A program made the position numbers and the translations under genes. Positions 18,268 to 27,214 of a stretch of DNA of 64,000 nt are shown here, piece by piece (positions within the stretch are counted from its first letter, which is position 1; each line of letters opens with the position of its first letter). The DNA comes from a bacterium (lineage in GTDB: Bacteria; UBA8248), in NCBI GenBank assembly GCA_963692865.2, contig OY843592.1, positions 1,056,001 to 1,120,000 on the forward strand, given 5' to 3'. The notes beneath the pieces are model-generated. The model was not told where the DNA came from. It saw only the letters and a list, made by a program, of their open reading frames with translations, and did not search any database.

Positions 18268-19410
18268 ATGATGCGCGTTGCTATTAAGCCGGAACTTTTC
18301 CGCTGGGCGCGCATTCGTGCTGACATACAACCGGATTCTTTGGCACAGCGGTTTCCAAAGTATCGCGAATGGGAAAGTGGTGACGCACAACCGACATTGA
18401 AGCAACTTGAGGCATTCGCTAAGAAAACCCATGCGCCAATCGGGTATTTTTTCCTTTCAGAACCACCCAATGAACCTTTTCCTATTCCTGACTTCCGTAC
18501 TATTGGAAGTTCGCCTATCGGAAGGCCGAACCCGGATTTGCTTGACACCATTTATCTCTGTCAACAACGCCAGGAGTGGTACCGGGACTTCTCGCGCATA
18601 GAGGGCGAGGAGCCTCTCCCATTTGTTGGCTCCGCGAGCTTGGTAGAGGATGTGGAGGTAGCGGCGGCACGCATTCGAAATGCGCTTGAGTTCGACTTAC
18701 AAGAACGTGCCACGCTTGGGAACTGGGTGGATGCCTTGCGTCGCTTCATCGCGCTGGCTGATGCGCTTGGAGTGCTGGTGATGGTGAACGGCGTCGTTGG
18801 TAACAATACTCATCGAAAGCTCGATCCTCACGAATTCCGGGGTTTCGCTCTTGTTGATGATCTCGCTCCGCTCGTCTTCATCAACGGTGCAGATACGAAA
18901 GCTGCTCAGATGTTCACTCTGGCTCATGAACTGGCACATATTTGGTTGGGTCAAACCGCGCTTTCTGACAGCCACCCTACCTCGATTCCGTCTCATGATA
19001 CTGAGTCCTGGTGCAACCGCGTGGCTGCTGAACTTCTCGTGCCACTTGGTGTGCTGCGTGAAGAATATCGCAGGGGCGAGGAAATTTCTGCGGCACTTGC
19101 TCGCCTCGCGCGTCAGTTCAAGGTGAGCACACTGGTTATATTGCGCCGAATTTATGATGTAGGCGGGTTATCGCGCGATCAACTAAATCAAGCCTATGCT
19201 GATGAGCTTAAGCGATTGCAGAATTTTCCCAAAGGTAGTGGTGGAAACTTTTATGCAACGCAAGGTGTTAGAGTTGGAGAACGCTTCGCTCGCGCTGTTG
19301 TAACTAGTACTCTTGAAGGACAGACACTGTATCGCGATGCCTTCCGCTTACTTGGGTTTTCTAAGCTGGAGACTTTCCGTAAGTTTGCGGATGGATTGGA
19401 TGTGAATTGA
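18268..19410 (+). CDS. XRE-HTH plus ImmA/IrrE (M78) Zn metallopeptidase
   Basis: N-terminal HTH (WESGDAQPTLKQL), PDFR, EFRGF, FTLAHELAH (HExxH), CNRVAAELL and FKVS; AT-richer than the flanks. Confidence 0.9.
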   Translation: MMRVAIKPELFRWARIRADIQPDSLAQRFPKYREWESGDAQPTLKQLEAFAKKTHAPIGYFFLSEPPNEPFPIPDFRTIGSSPIGRPNPDLLDTIYLCQQRQEWYRDFSRIEGEEPLPFVGSASLVEDVEVAAARIRNALEFDLQERATLGNWVDALRRFIALADALGVLVMVNGVVGNNTHRKLDPHEFRGFALVDDLAPLVFINGADTKAAQMFTLAHELAHIWLGQTALSDSHPTSIPSHDTESWCNRVAAELLVPLGVLREEYRRGEEISAALARLARQFKVSTLVILRRIYDVGGLSRDQLNQAYADELKRLQNFPKGSGGNFYATQGVRVGERFARAVVTSTLEGQTLYRDAFRLLGFSKLETFRKFADGLDVN

Positions 19411-19904
19411 TGGCTTATCTTCTAGATACAAACGTGTTTATAGAGGCGAAGAACCGATATTATGGGTTTGATTTTTGCCCCGCGTTCTGGAACTGGCTAA
19501 TTGCCGCAAACATTGAGAGTAAAGTATTCAGTATTGAGAAGGTCGGCGACGAAATCAAGGCTGGTGATGATGAACTTGCGACATGGGCCATGGAGCGTGG
19601 CTCCGAATTTTTTCTCGGGCTTCCGCTTGATGTATTCCCGGCTCTTGGGACGGTGAGCAACTGGGTATCTGATCAGAACTATGAACCAGCTGCCATCAAC
19701 ACGTTTCTTCAAGACGCTGATTATTACCTAGTTGCACATGCTCTTGTCGGTGAACATGAAGTAGTAACACATGAAACACCGGCAAATTCACGTAAGAAAG
19801 TTAAGATTCCCAACGTTTGCATCGGTCTCGGCATCAAATACGTGACGCCGTTTGAAATGTTGCGGCACGAACGGGCGCGGTTTGTATTGGGCATTGCATC
19901 ATGA
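19410..19904 (+). CDS. DUF4411-family PIN-like protein
   Basis: YLLDTNVFIEA, FW.WL, AD.YLVAHA, VVTHE and KIP.VC motifs; TGATG coupling to the upstream gene. Confidence 0.85.
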   Translation: MAYLLDTNVFIEAKNRYYGFDFCPAFWNWLIAANIESKVFSIEKVGDEIKAGDDELATWAMERGSEFFLGLPLDVFPALGTVSNWVSDQNYEPAAINTFLQDADYYLVAHALVGEHEVVTHETPANSRKKVKIPNVCIGLGIKYVTPFEMLRHERARFVLGIAS

Positions 19905-20037
19905 TTCGTGGGTTCAATTTCATCGACTTTCAAGCCAATACTTGGGCGGGCGGTTTTATCTCAAATTCGCCAAGCTGGATATAGCGTAGCTTTACAGATG
20001 GCGCGCGGAGGGAAGCAGGCGTGTCCTGAACGTTCGC

Positions 20038-20943
20038 CTAGCTCTCGGCGTCGGAATAAGCGGCGCGCTCCTCGTCCTTGAAATCATCCATCAGGTTGTG
20101 TCCGCCCTCCTTGGCCTGGCGGACGGCGAAGATGGGCGGCGGCACGTCGGGACGCCATTTGGTGGTCTCGGGCGGTTCGGGCCACTCATACGGCAGATGC
20201 CGGTAGGCGTTGGGCGCGTCCGCTTCTTCGAGCAGCGCGGCCATGTCCTCGCAGATCCGGCGCTGGCCCGCGTAGTCGCCCACGAGGCCCAACTGCCGCC
20301 CGAAGGGATACTGGACGAACACCGCCCTCGGCGCGCAGACGCGCTCGGTGGTCTCGGGGACGTTGGAGATGATGACGGTGGCGATGCCCGCCTTTTCGAT
20401 TTCGCGTTGAAGCAGTCCGCCGGACCGGTTGCACAAGGGTCAGACCGGATAGAGAAAGGCCGCGTCCACGCCCTCTTCCTTCATCTTCTCGATCATCAGG
20501 GGCGCGGTGCGCTTCACCAGCGGGTTGAAATTCGGGATGTAGCCCATGATGGAATAGAGCGTCTCGGCCAGCGCGCCGATTTTCCCCTCCCTCTCGAAAT
20601 CGAGGAAGATGTCGACAGGCCAGGACACATTCCTGTCCTCGGCCATGAACGAGGTGTCGACGTGCAGGTGGGAATACGCCACGTCGTCCTGGCCCGCCGT
20701 CTTGGGAATCTCCCGGTGGGTCGGGTCGCCCCACGTGCCCTCGCGGCGCTCTCTTTCGTAGTCGAACGATTCATCGCCCTTCATGAAGATGCCAGCCGTG
20801 GAAATGAGCGTGACCTTGCAATCCGCGAGCGGTTTTTCCAACGGCGTCCACGGCGTTTTTGCCGGGTCCGCGTGGCGCTGCGCCAGAACGCGCTCGCGCG
20901 AGGTGGGGTGAAAGCAGAATCCGTCGACTCTTTCGATCGGCAT
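20038..20943 (-). CDS. PrdB/GrdB-family selenoprotein B homolog (301 aa, Sec at residue 168 in a UxxC motif) by UGA readthrough
   Basis: The two listed ORFs, 20440..20943 and 20038..20436, are in frame and join as FLYPV-TGA-PLCNRSGGLLQREIEKAGIAT. N-terminal motifs are LISTAG, H..VD....ED.N..WP and SIMG. Confidence 0.85.
20407..20439 (-). promoter_or_regulatory. Candidate bacterial SECIS element
   Basis: Hairpin CGGUCC-GGC-GGACUG; its G-starting loop begins after an 18-nt spacer from the UGA, and UUG/CAA can form a lower stem. Confidence 0.55.
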
Positions 20944-20972
20944 GATAATCCTCGAATTCGTGGTTCCATGAT

Positions 20973-22244
20973 TCAGGCGGGGGATTCCCCTCTCTTATCT
21001 CTTTTCGTCCAGCCGAGCAACACGGCAAAGAAGCCGCAGAGGAAGAACATGAGCGCGAAGGCCGACAAGCCCCACAGATAGGAGCCGTGCAGGTCGAAGA
21101 GGAAGCCCGTGGTCCATGGCCCCGCCGCGCCCCAGAGCGCGAAGGCCATCATCGCCACGCCGTTCACGCGCCCGAAGCCCGGACCCTCGAAGTAATCCGC
21201 AAGGATGGCCGAGCCGGTGGGCCGTATGAGCCCCAAGGCGGCGCCGTTGGTTATCGTGCCCAGGTAGAAGCGGATTTCGGGGTCGCCCTTCTCGTAGGTG
21301 GCCAGAACGAGGGTGGAGGCGATTCCGAGGGCGTTGCCGATGAGGTACGTCGGCACCCGGCCCAGCCTGTCCGAGACCGGGCTGACGAGGTTCGCCGCCA
21401 CCTGGCAGAGCCCCCAGATGGCGAAGATCACGCTCGCGGTTTCGAGCGAGAAGCCCTGGTCGGTGGCGTGGGGCACCAGGTGAACGAGCATGCCCGCGAA
21501 GGCGTACGCCATTGGCAGGAACGAGCCCAGGAAGAAGAAAAACGGCAGGTTGTACATGGAGACCGGCGTGTCGTCGACGGATGATGGAGTCGCCGGTTTC
21601 GGCGCTCCTTCATCCGGCAGGTTCTGAACGAAGGGCGCGTCGGCGATGGTGCCTTTATCCGAGGGATGGTCCCTGTGGAAGATGATGCAGACGGGGAGCA
21701 CGATGAGCAGAACCACGCCCGCAAGCGCCAAGTAGCTCATCCGCCAGCCCAGGGCCGCGATGAGGTAGGGCGTCGCGATGTTCAGGCAGAATGCCCCTCC
21801 CTGGCAGGTGTTGGAAATGCCCAGGGCAAATCCTCTTTTTTTCACGAACCAGTTCGAGAGCGTGGGCACCTGGGCGATCCACGTGCTCGCGGCGAAGCCT
21901 GCGCACAGGCCGACGTACATCAGATAAAAATGCCAGAGCGAGGCGATCCGGCTCCCGATAAGCAGGGAGAGGCCGAACACCACGACGCCCGCCGACATCG
22001 AAGCCCGGATGCTCCAGCGGTCGGAGAGAATGCCCGCGAGCGGCGAGACGACGGCCTGGGCCAGCATGCCGATGGAGAAGGCCGCCGCCGTCGCCCCCCG
22101 GCTCCAGCCCAGTTCGCCTGATATTTCCTTGAAGAAGGGCCCGATGGTGGCGCGGAAGGCGATGAGGGTGATCATGACGAAAAAGACCACGGCCAGCACC
22201 ACCCAGCCGTACCAGAGGCGCGATTCGTCCCGCATGACGTTCAT
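20973..22244 (-). CDS. MFS transporter
   Basis: About 12 hydrophobic segments; G.LSDRW, WFVKKRG and SDRLGR motifs. Confidence 0.92.
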   Translation of the reverse strand: MNVMRDESRLWYGWVVLAVVFFVMITLIAFRATIGPFFKEISGELGWSRGATAAAFSIGMLAQAVVSPLAGILSDRWSIRASMSAGVVVFGLSLLIGSRIASLWHFYLMYVGLCAGFAASTWIAQVPTLSNWFVKKRGFALGISNTCQGGAFCLNIATPYLIAALGWRMSYLALAGVVLLIVLPVCIIFHRDHPSDKGTIADAPFVQNLPDEGAPKPATPSSVDDTPVSMYNLPFFFFLGSFLPMAYAFAGMLVHLVPHATDQGFSLETASVIFAIWGLCQVAANLVSPVSDRLGRVPTYLIGNALGIASTLVLATYEKGDPEIRFYLGTITNGAALGLIRPTGSAILADYFEGPGFGRVNGVAMMAFALWGAAGPWTTGFLFDLHGSYLWGLSAFALMFFLCGFFAVLLGWTKRDKRGESPA

Positions 22245-22248
22245 GGCC

Positions 22249-23538
22249 CTAAGCGCGCGCTTCGCGCGGCGCGCGCGAGAGGCTCAGGGCGAAAACCGCG
22301 CCCGCGACGAACATGCCGCCCACGAGGAGAAAGCCCGCGTAGTAGTTCCCGCTCGCGTCGAAGAGCATTCCCGTCACCCAGGGACCCAGCGCGCCCGCGA
22401 GGGAGAAGACCATCATCGCGCATCCGTTCACGAGGCCGAAGCCCCGCCCCGCGAAATGATCCGCCAGAAGGGAGGACGCCGTGGGCCGGACGAAACCGAG
22501 TGCGAAGCCCAACCCCATGGCGCCCGCGTATATCCGCCACTCGGGCGATTCGCGCGTGAAGGCGGCCAGGAGATAACAGGCGGCCACGCCGCACACCACG
22601 CCCACCATGAAGGTGGGGAGTCTTCCGATGCGGTCCGATACCGCGCTCAACCCGTTTCCGAAGGCCAGGGCCGCTCCGTAGAGGGCGAAGAGCGCGGCGC
22701 CCCCCGAGGGGGAGAAGCCCTGGTCCGTCGCGTGGGGGACCAGATGCACCAGGACGGCGGTGAAGATATACGCGATGCTGCCGTAAATGCCTCCGATCAG
22801 CATGAACCTGCGGGTGAAGAAAAAAGAGAAAGAAGCGGCTTCTTTTTCCCTGCCCGGAGGAACGATGACGGCGGCCCTGGCGCGGGCGCGCGAGAACTCC
22901 TCGGACGTGAGAAAGGGCGCGTCGGGCGCAGTGCGCTTCTCTCTCGGGTGGTCGCGCAGCAACGCCAGGGCGAACGGCAGCAGGATCAGCAGCGTCAGCC
23001 CCGCCAGCGCCAGATAGCTCCCCCGCCAGCCCAGGCTCGCGATGAGCAGGGGGGTGAAGATGTTCAGGATGGGCGCGAAGCCCTGGGCGGCGTGCGAGAA
23101 GCCCATCGCCAGCCCGCGCTTGGCGACGAACCAGTTCGCGAGCAGTTGCACCTGCGGCAGGTTGGCCGTGAAGGCGAAACCGACCGAGAGTAGAAAATAC
23201 ATGGCGTAAAAATGCCAGAGCGCGCCGATGTAGGCGCCGAGTATGAGCGCCGCTCCGTTCACGAAGATGCCCGCCCCGATCACCCAGCGCATGTTGAAGC
23301 GCTCCAGCACCCAGCCCGCGAATGGAGCCACCACCGCCTGGCCGAGCATGCCCATGGTGAAGGCGGCGGCCGTCTGCGCGCGGTTCCAGCCGAACTCGCC
23401 GGAGATGTCCTTGAAGAAGACGCCGAGGGAATTTCGGATGCCGATGGCCACCGCCATGATGATGAAGACACTGAGGAGAATCACCCAGCCGTACCACAGG
23501 CGCAGTTCTTTTCGTGTCCGGTAGCGCGAGGCGATCAA
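22249..23538 (-). CDS. MFS transporter (paralog of the downstream gene)
   Basis: LWYGWV, NWFVAKRG and SDRIGR motifs; the probable TTG start at 23538 overlaps the stop of the NifU-like gene. Confidence 0.88.
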   Translation of the reverse strand: MIASRYRTRKELRLWYGWVILLSVFIIMAVAIGIRNSLGVFFKDISGEFGWNRAQTAAAFTMGMLGQAVVAPFAGWVLERFNMRWVIGAGIFVNGAALILGAYIGALWHFYAMYFLLSVGFAFTANLPQVQLLANWFVAKRGLAMGFSHAAQGFAPILNIFTPLLIASLGWRGSYLALAGLTLLILLPFALALLRDHPREKRTAPDAPFLTSEEFSRARARAAVIVPPGREKEAASFSFFFTRRFMLIGGIYGSIAYIFTAVLVHLVPHATDQGFSPSGGAALFALYGAALAFGNGLSAVSDRIGRLPTFMVGVVCGVAACYLLAAFTRESPEWRIYAGAMGLGFALGFVRPTASSLLADHFAGRGFGLVNGCAMMVFSLAGALGPWVTGMLFDASGNYYAGFLLVGGMFVAGAVFALSLSRAPREARA

Positions 23539-23873
23539 GTCGATGACGGGTCTTTGAGCGGATGCCCCACCCAAAACGAATAGCCGGAGTAGAATTTCTC
23601 CACCCGTTTGATGGCGTGGTCCGAGAGGCGCACGCCCTCGACGGTAACGTCCGTGACGCCCGGATGCTGCATGAGCTTCTGGCGGACGCCCAGGGCGTAG
23701 GTGACGCTCTTGAGCATGCAGCCGCGGCATGCGCCTTCGAAGCGAAGCGATACTTCGCCTTTTTCGCTCACGCTATCTAGCGAAATGCCGCCGCCGTGAA
23801 TCTTGAGGAGCGGGCGGATCTGCGTCTCGATGATGTCCTCGACGTCGGTGACGAGGGCTTCGTGCTCGTTCAT
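23535..23873 (-). CDS. NifU/Nfu C-terminal domain protein
   Basis: IRPLLKIHGGGI and F.GACRGC (CxxC) motifs; the ATG at 23873 overlaps the upstream stop. Confidence 0.85.
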   Translation of the reverse strand: MNEHEALVTDVEDIIETQIRPLLKIHGGGISLDSVSEKGEVSLRFEGACRGCMLKSVTYALGVRQKLMQHPGVTDVTVEGVRLSDHAIKRVEKFYSGYSFWVGHPLKDPSST

Positions 23874-24898
23874 GGCGTGTCTCCGTTCCAGAGTTCTCGC
23901 TTCTTGGCCTCCACGTCCACGCCGAAGATGCGCGCCTGGTTGAGTCCCAGGATGTTGCGCTTGTCCTGTTCGGTGATCTGGGGGTAGCCGTAGTCGTCCT
24001 GCATGGATTCGGGGATTTCCATGTCCCATATCCACTCGATGACGGGTTTCGCGTTGCCTAAAAGCGCCATCTCGGAACCCCAGAGCACTTTTTCCGAACC
24101 CACGTCGCGCAACAATCTGCCCATCCACTCGGTGAAGGTTCTGGGCGCGACCATGGGCGTGTGGCCGATGCCCGAGAGCACGAGGAAGACGTTCTCGTAG
24201 CGGTTCGCCATCCAGACGACTTCCTCGAAGTAGGGCACCGCCAGGTGGTGGACGCCGAAGAGCAGATCGGGAAAATCAAGGGCCGCGCCCTCGATGTCGA
24301 GCGGCGAGAGGTCGCGCAGCTTCGCCCGCGTGATGGGGTTTCCCTTGTGGAACTGAAAGACTTTAATACCGAGTTCGCGCCCTTTCTCATAGAGGGGGTA
24401 GGCGATTTCGGGGTCGTCGCACGCCCAGGATTTCCCGTCCACGTGGGCGTTGTAGATTTTGATGGATTTCGCCCCCCACTCCTTCACCTGTCGCTCCATC
24501 TCCTCGCACGCGGCGGCCACGCTCGGGTACATCGGGTCCACGGCCCCGCAGAACAGGCAGCGTTCGGGATAGGCCTGCGCGAAGGCGTACTGCGCCTTCA
24601 CGGGCGCGAAGCCGTCCTTGTACAGATCGAACAGGGGCACGGCCTGGGCCATCGCCATGTCGGCGCCCGAATCCTCGAAGACGAGGCGGCCCATGTCCTC
24701 CACGCTCCAGCGGCGCTTGAAGCCCTCCACCGGGTGCCAGTTCGCGTAGACGTCCGTGGGCGCCGTCCGCCTTCTGCCGAGCACCTTGCTCACATGGTAG
24801 TGGCGGTCGTATTCGCTTTGCTCGGAGACGAGGTTCTCGTCCGAGTAGTCGTACATGTGCACCACGTTGTCGAAGACGAATACGTCGCCGCGAATCAT
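23870..24898 (-). CDS. Amidohydrolase-2 family (TIM-barrel metal-dependent) protein
   Basis: FDNVVH, IKIY, FHKG, DFPDL.F.VHH and VLWGSE motifs. Confidence 0.85.
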   Translation of the reverse strand: MIRGDVFVFDNVVHMYDYSDENLVSEQSEYDRHYHVSKVLGRRRTAPTDVYANWHPVEGFKRRWSVEDMGRLVFEDSGADMAMAQAVPLFDLYKDGFAPVKAQYAFAQAYPERCLFCGAVDPMYPSVAAACEEMERQVKEWGAKSIKIYNAHVDGKSWACDDPEIAYPLYEKGRELGIKVFQFHKGNPITRAKLRDLSPLDIEGAALDFPDLLFGVHHLAVPYFEEVVWMANRYENVFLVLSGIGHTPMVAPRTFTEWMGRLLRDVGSEKVLWGSEMALLGNAKPVIEWIWDMEIPESMQDDYGYPQITEQDKRNILGLNQARIFGVDVEAKKRELWNGDTP

Positions 24899-24974
24899 GT
24901 TGCGAGGCTCCTTTTAGAGGAACGGATTGCCACCGCCAGATTAGCACACCGCGCGCCGCCGTGTCAGATGGGAA

Positions 24975-25240
24975 GGGTTGTTGAAAAAGCCCCGTCAAGG
25001 GCAGCGAACGCTCCCTCCTCGGGACTGTTGAAAAAGTCCATTAGTCAAGAGTGCTCACCGACATTCCGGCGTTCAGCGATCTGCGAAGGGTCATCTCCCG
25101 TGTGTAGGGGCCGCATACATGCGGCCCTGCCTTTTCGCCTTCACAACACGGGTCGCATATATGCGACCCCTGCACTCCTTCCGGCAAGGCGGTATCCCGT
25201 TACAGTCATTCCGGACGGAGAGGGGATTTTCAACAACCCC
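24975..25240. repeat. MITE-like element with GGGTTGTTGAAAA / TTTTCAACAACCC ends and internal REP-like palindromes
   Basis: Inverted termini at 24975 and 25227-25240, a variant end at 25021, and GTAGGGGCCGCATACATGCGGCCC (25104) with an inverted partner at about 25150-25174. Confidence 0.65.
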
Positions 25241-25384
25241 TGGGAGAGGGAGTTTCCGGTTTGCTTTGAGGGGGTTTTTCGGGTCGCCAGGCCTCATGAA
25301 ACCCCGCTGCGATTGGACTTGGGCCTGAAGTGCGGGTAGAAAAGGCCCTGGTTTTTCACGCGGCAAAGGAGTAGGGAGCATGAA

Positions 25385-26254
25385 ATGGACTGGGTGACGC
25401 TCGCCGTCATTGCGGCTCTCGCGCAGGTGCTCAGAAACGCGGCGATGAAATCCATCGGCCACAAGCTCGACGAGTACATCAACGTGCTGGGGCGCTTCGC
25501 GTTCCTGCTGCCCTTCGCGGCCGTGGCGGTGTGGATGCGGGGCGCGCCCGAGATACAGCCCGGTTTCTGGTGGTATTGCCTCCTCTTCGGCTTCCTGCAG
25601 ACCGCGGCCACGCTCTCGCTGTCCAAGGCGCTCCTCTACGGCTCGATGGGCGTGGTGACCTCGCTCTGGAAACTCGCGACCATCTGGCTGGTCGCGCTCG
25701 CCTTCATCACGCTGGGCGAGGCGCCATCGGCCTGGGGGCTCGTGGGCATCTTGGTTACTCTGGCGGGCGTCTACGGGCTGAACGTCTCTCGCGCGCGTAT
25801 CGGCTGGTTCGAGCCCGTCCGCGCGCTCTTCACCGACAAGGGGATGCGCTACACCGTGCTCGCCTCGCTGCTGTACGCGCCCTCGGTGATCACCTTCAAG
25901 CAGGCGGCGGTGCTCTCGGACGCCGCCTTCGGCACGCTCATTACTTATGCGGCGGCGGCGCTCGTCGTGTTGCCGCTCACGATCTGGAAATCCGCCGAAC
26001 ACTTCAAGGACGCCCCCAAACTCTGGAAGGGCTTCGTGTCCCTGGGGCTGTTCGCCTTCATCACGAGCCTCGCCCAGGCGGAGGCCTACCGCCTCACGCT
26101 CACCTCCTACGTGGAGTCGGTGAAACAGGTCGAGATCCTCCTGGCCATCGGAATCGGCTACGTCTTCTTCAGGGAGCGCGAGCGCGTGCGCGAGACGCTG
26201 CTGGGCGGCGTGGTGATCTTGGCGGGAATCGTCCTGCTGATCCTGGCGGGGTGA
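25385..26254 (+). CDS. DMT/EamA-family transporter
   Basis: About 10 TM segments in two repeats, with LGE.P and FFRER motifs. Confidence 0.88.
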   Translation: MDWVTLAVIAALAQVLRNAAMKSIGHKLDEYINVLGRFAFLLPFAAVAVWMRGAPEIQPGFWWYCLLFGFLQTAATLSLSKALLYGSMGVVTSLWKLATIWLVALAFITLGEAPSAWGLVGILVTLAGVYGLNVSRARIGWFEPVRALFTDKGMRYTVLASLLYAPSVITFKQAAVLSDAAFGTLITYAAAALVVLPLTIWKSAEHFKDAPKLWKGFVSLGLFAFITSLAQAEAYRLTLTSYVESVKQVEILLAIGIGYVFFRERERVRETLLGGVVILAGIVLLILAG

Positions 26255-26305
26255 ATTCCGACTGGAGAAAGAGGAATTCCGGTTGCGGGAGATGTATCGC
26301 CTGCC

Positions 26306-26779
26306 GTAGGGACAACCCCCTGTGGTTGTCCCTATTCAGGACAGGCACGGGGGCCTGTCCCTACGAGTTCGATTCGAAACGCGGGAGATGCGTAGGGGCG
26401 GACCGATGTGTCCGCCCCCGCCCTCCCTCGGCTTGAAAATCAACCCCCCCTACCCCCCCTTGTCAGGGGGGTATAAAAAGGCGATGCGTCCCCGCCGGGC
26501 AGAGGGGGTTTTGCTTTTTCTTGCCCCCCTGACAAGGGGGGGTAGGGGGGGTGCCTTTGCCCCCTGAGGGGCTTTTTCAACAACCCCCTCAAAGGGGGAA
26601 TGATTCTGGAGGCGACGCTTTAAGTACTCCTCCCTCACAGGTTCTGGATTCCGTCAAACCTCCCGCCTTGGTCGGTTTGACGCCGGAATGACGAACAAAA
26701 CCGCACCGCCTCGTAGTGGGTCGTTCTTGTGAACGGCCCAAGGTCGCGACCTCGGACAGGCACAGGGGCCTGTCCCTAC
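26306..26779. repeat. Cluster of REP-like palindromes and short inverted repeats
   Basis: GTAGGGACAACC..GGTTGTCCCTA (26306); GGACAGGCAC.GGGGCCTGTCCCTAC (26339 and 26754); GTAGGGGCGGAC..GTCCGCCCC (26392); CCCCCCCTACCCCCCCTTGTCAGGGGGG with its inverted copy (about 26444-26551); TTTTCAACAACCCC (about 26574). Confidence 0.8.
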
Positions 26780-26809
26780 AAAAATTGGGCGTTCCTCTCT
26801 TCGCAATCC

Positions 26810-27202
26810 TCAGAGAACGTCTTCCCCTTCGAGCAGGGCCTTCGCTTTCGCGTCGTCATCCGCTGTGAGCGCGACGTTCGCGTAGCCGGCGTGGCGGCTC
26901 AGGATGTGCATGCTCCGGATGTTCACGCCCGCGACCTTGAATTTCTCCGCCACCTTGGCGAGCGCGCCGGGCTCGTCGCGCAGCCTGATGACCGTCGCCT
27001 CGTCCGAGATAGCGCGGAAGCCCGCGTTCATGAGCACGCGCAGGGCGCGGTCGGACTCGGTCGTGGTGAGGATGACGACGCCCTTCTCGCCCGCCGCCTC
27101 GGTGTTCAGGGCCTCGATGTTGATGTCCTCATCGGCCAGCGCCTTGCTGATGTCCGCGATGACGCCGACTTCGTCGCGCACCGTGATGATGATTCGATTC
27201 AT
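26810..27202 (-). CDS. Tandem ACT-domain protein
   Basis: Two ACT repeats: RDEVGVIADISKALADEDINIE and RDEPGALAKVAEKFKVAGVNI. Confidence 0.9.
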   Translation of the reverse strand: MNRIIITVRDEVGVIADISKALADEDINIEALNTEAAGEKGVVILTTTESDRALRVLMNAGFRAISDEATVIRLRDEPGALAKVAEKFKVAGVNIRSMHILSRHAGYANVALTADDDAKAKALLEGEDVL

Positions 27203-27214
27203 CCAGAATCCTCC

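Noticed and set aside
20038-20943. Pseudogene or nonsense-mutation reading of the two TGA-split genes (also 62444..63007)
   Set aside because: In both genes the TGA falls exactly at the catalytic Cys/Sec position and is followed by a SECIS-like hairpin. Readthrough is more parsimonious, though sel genes are not visible in this window.
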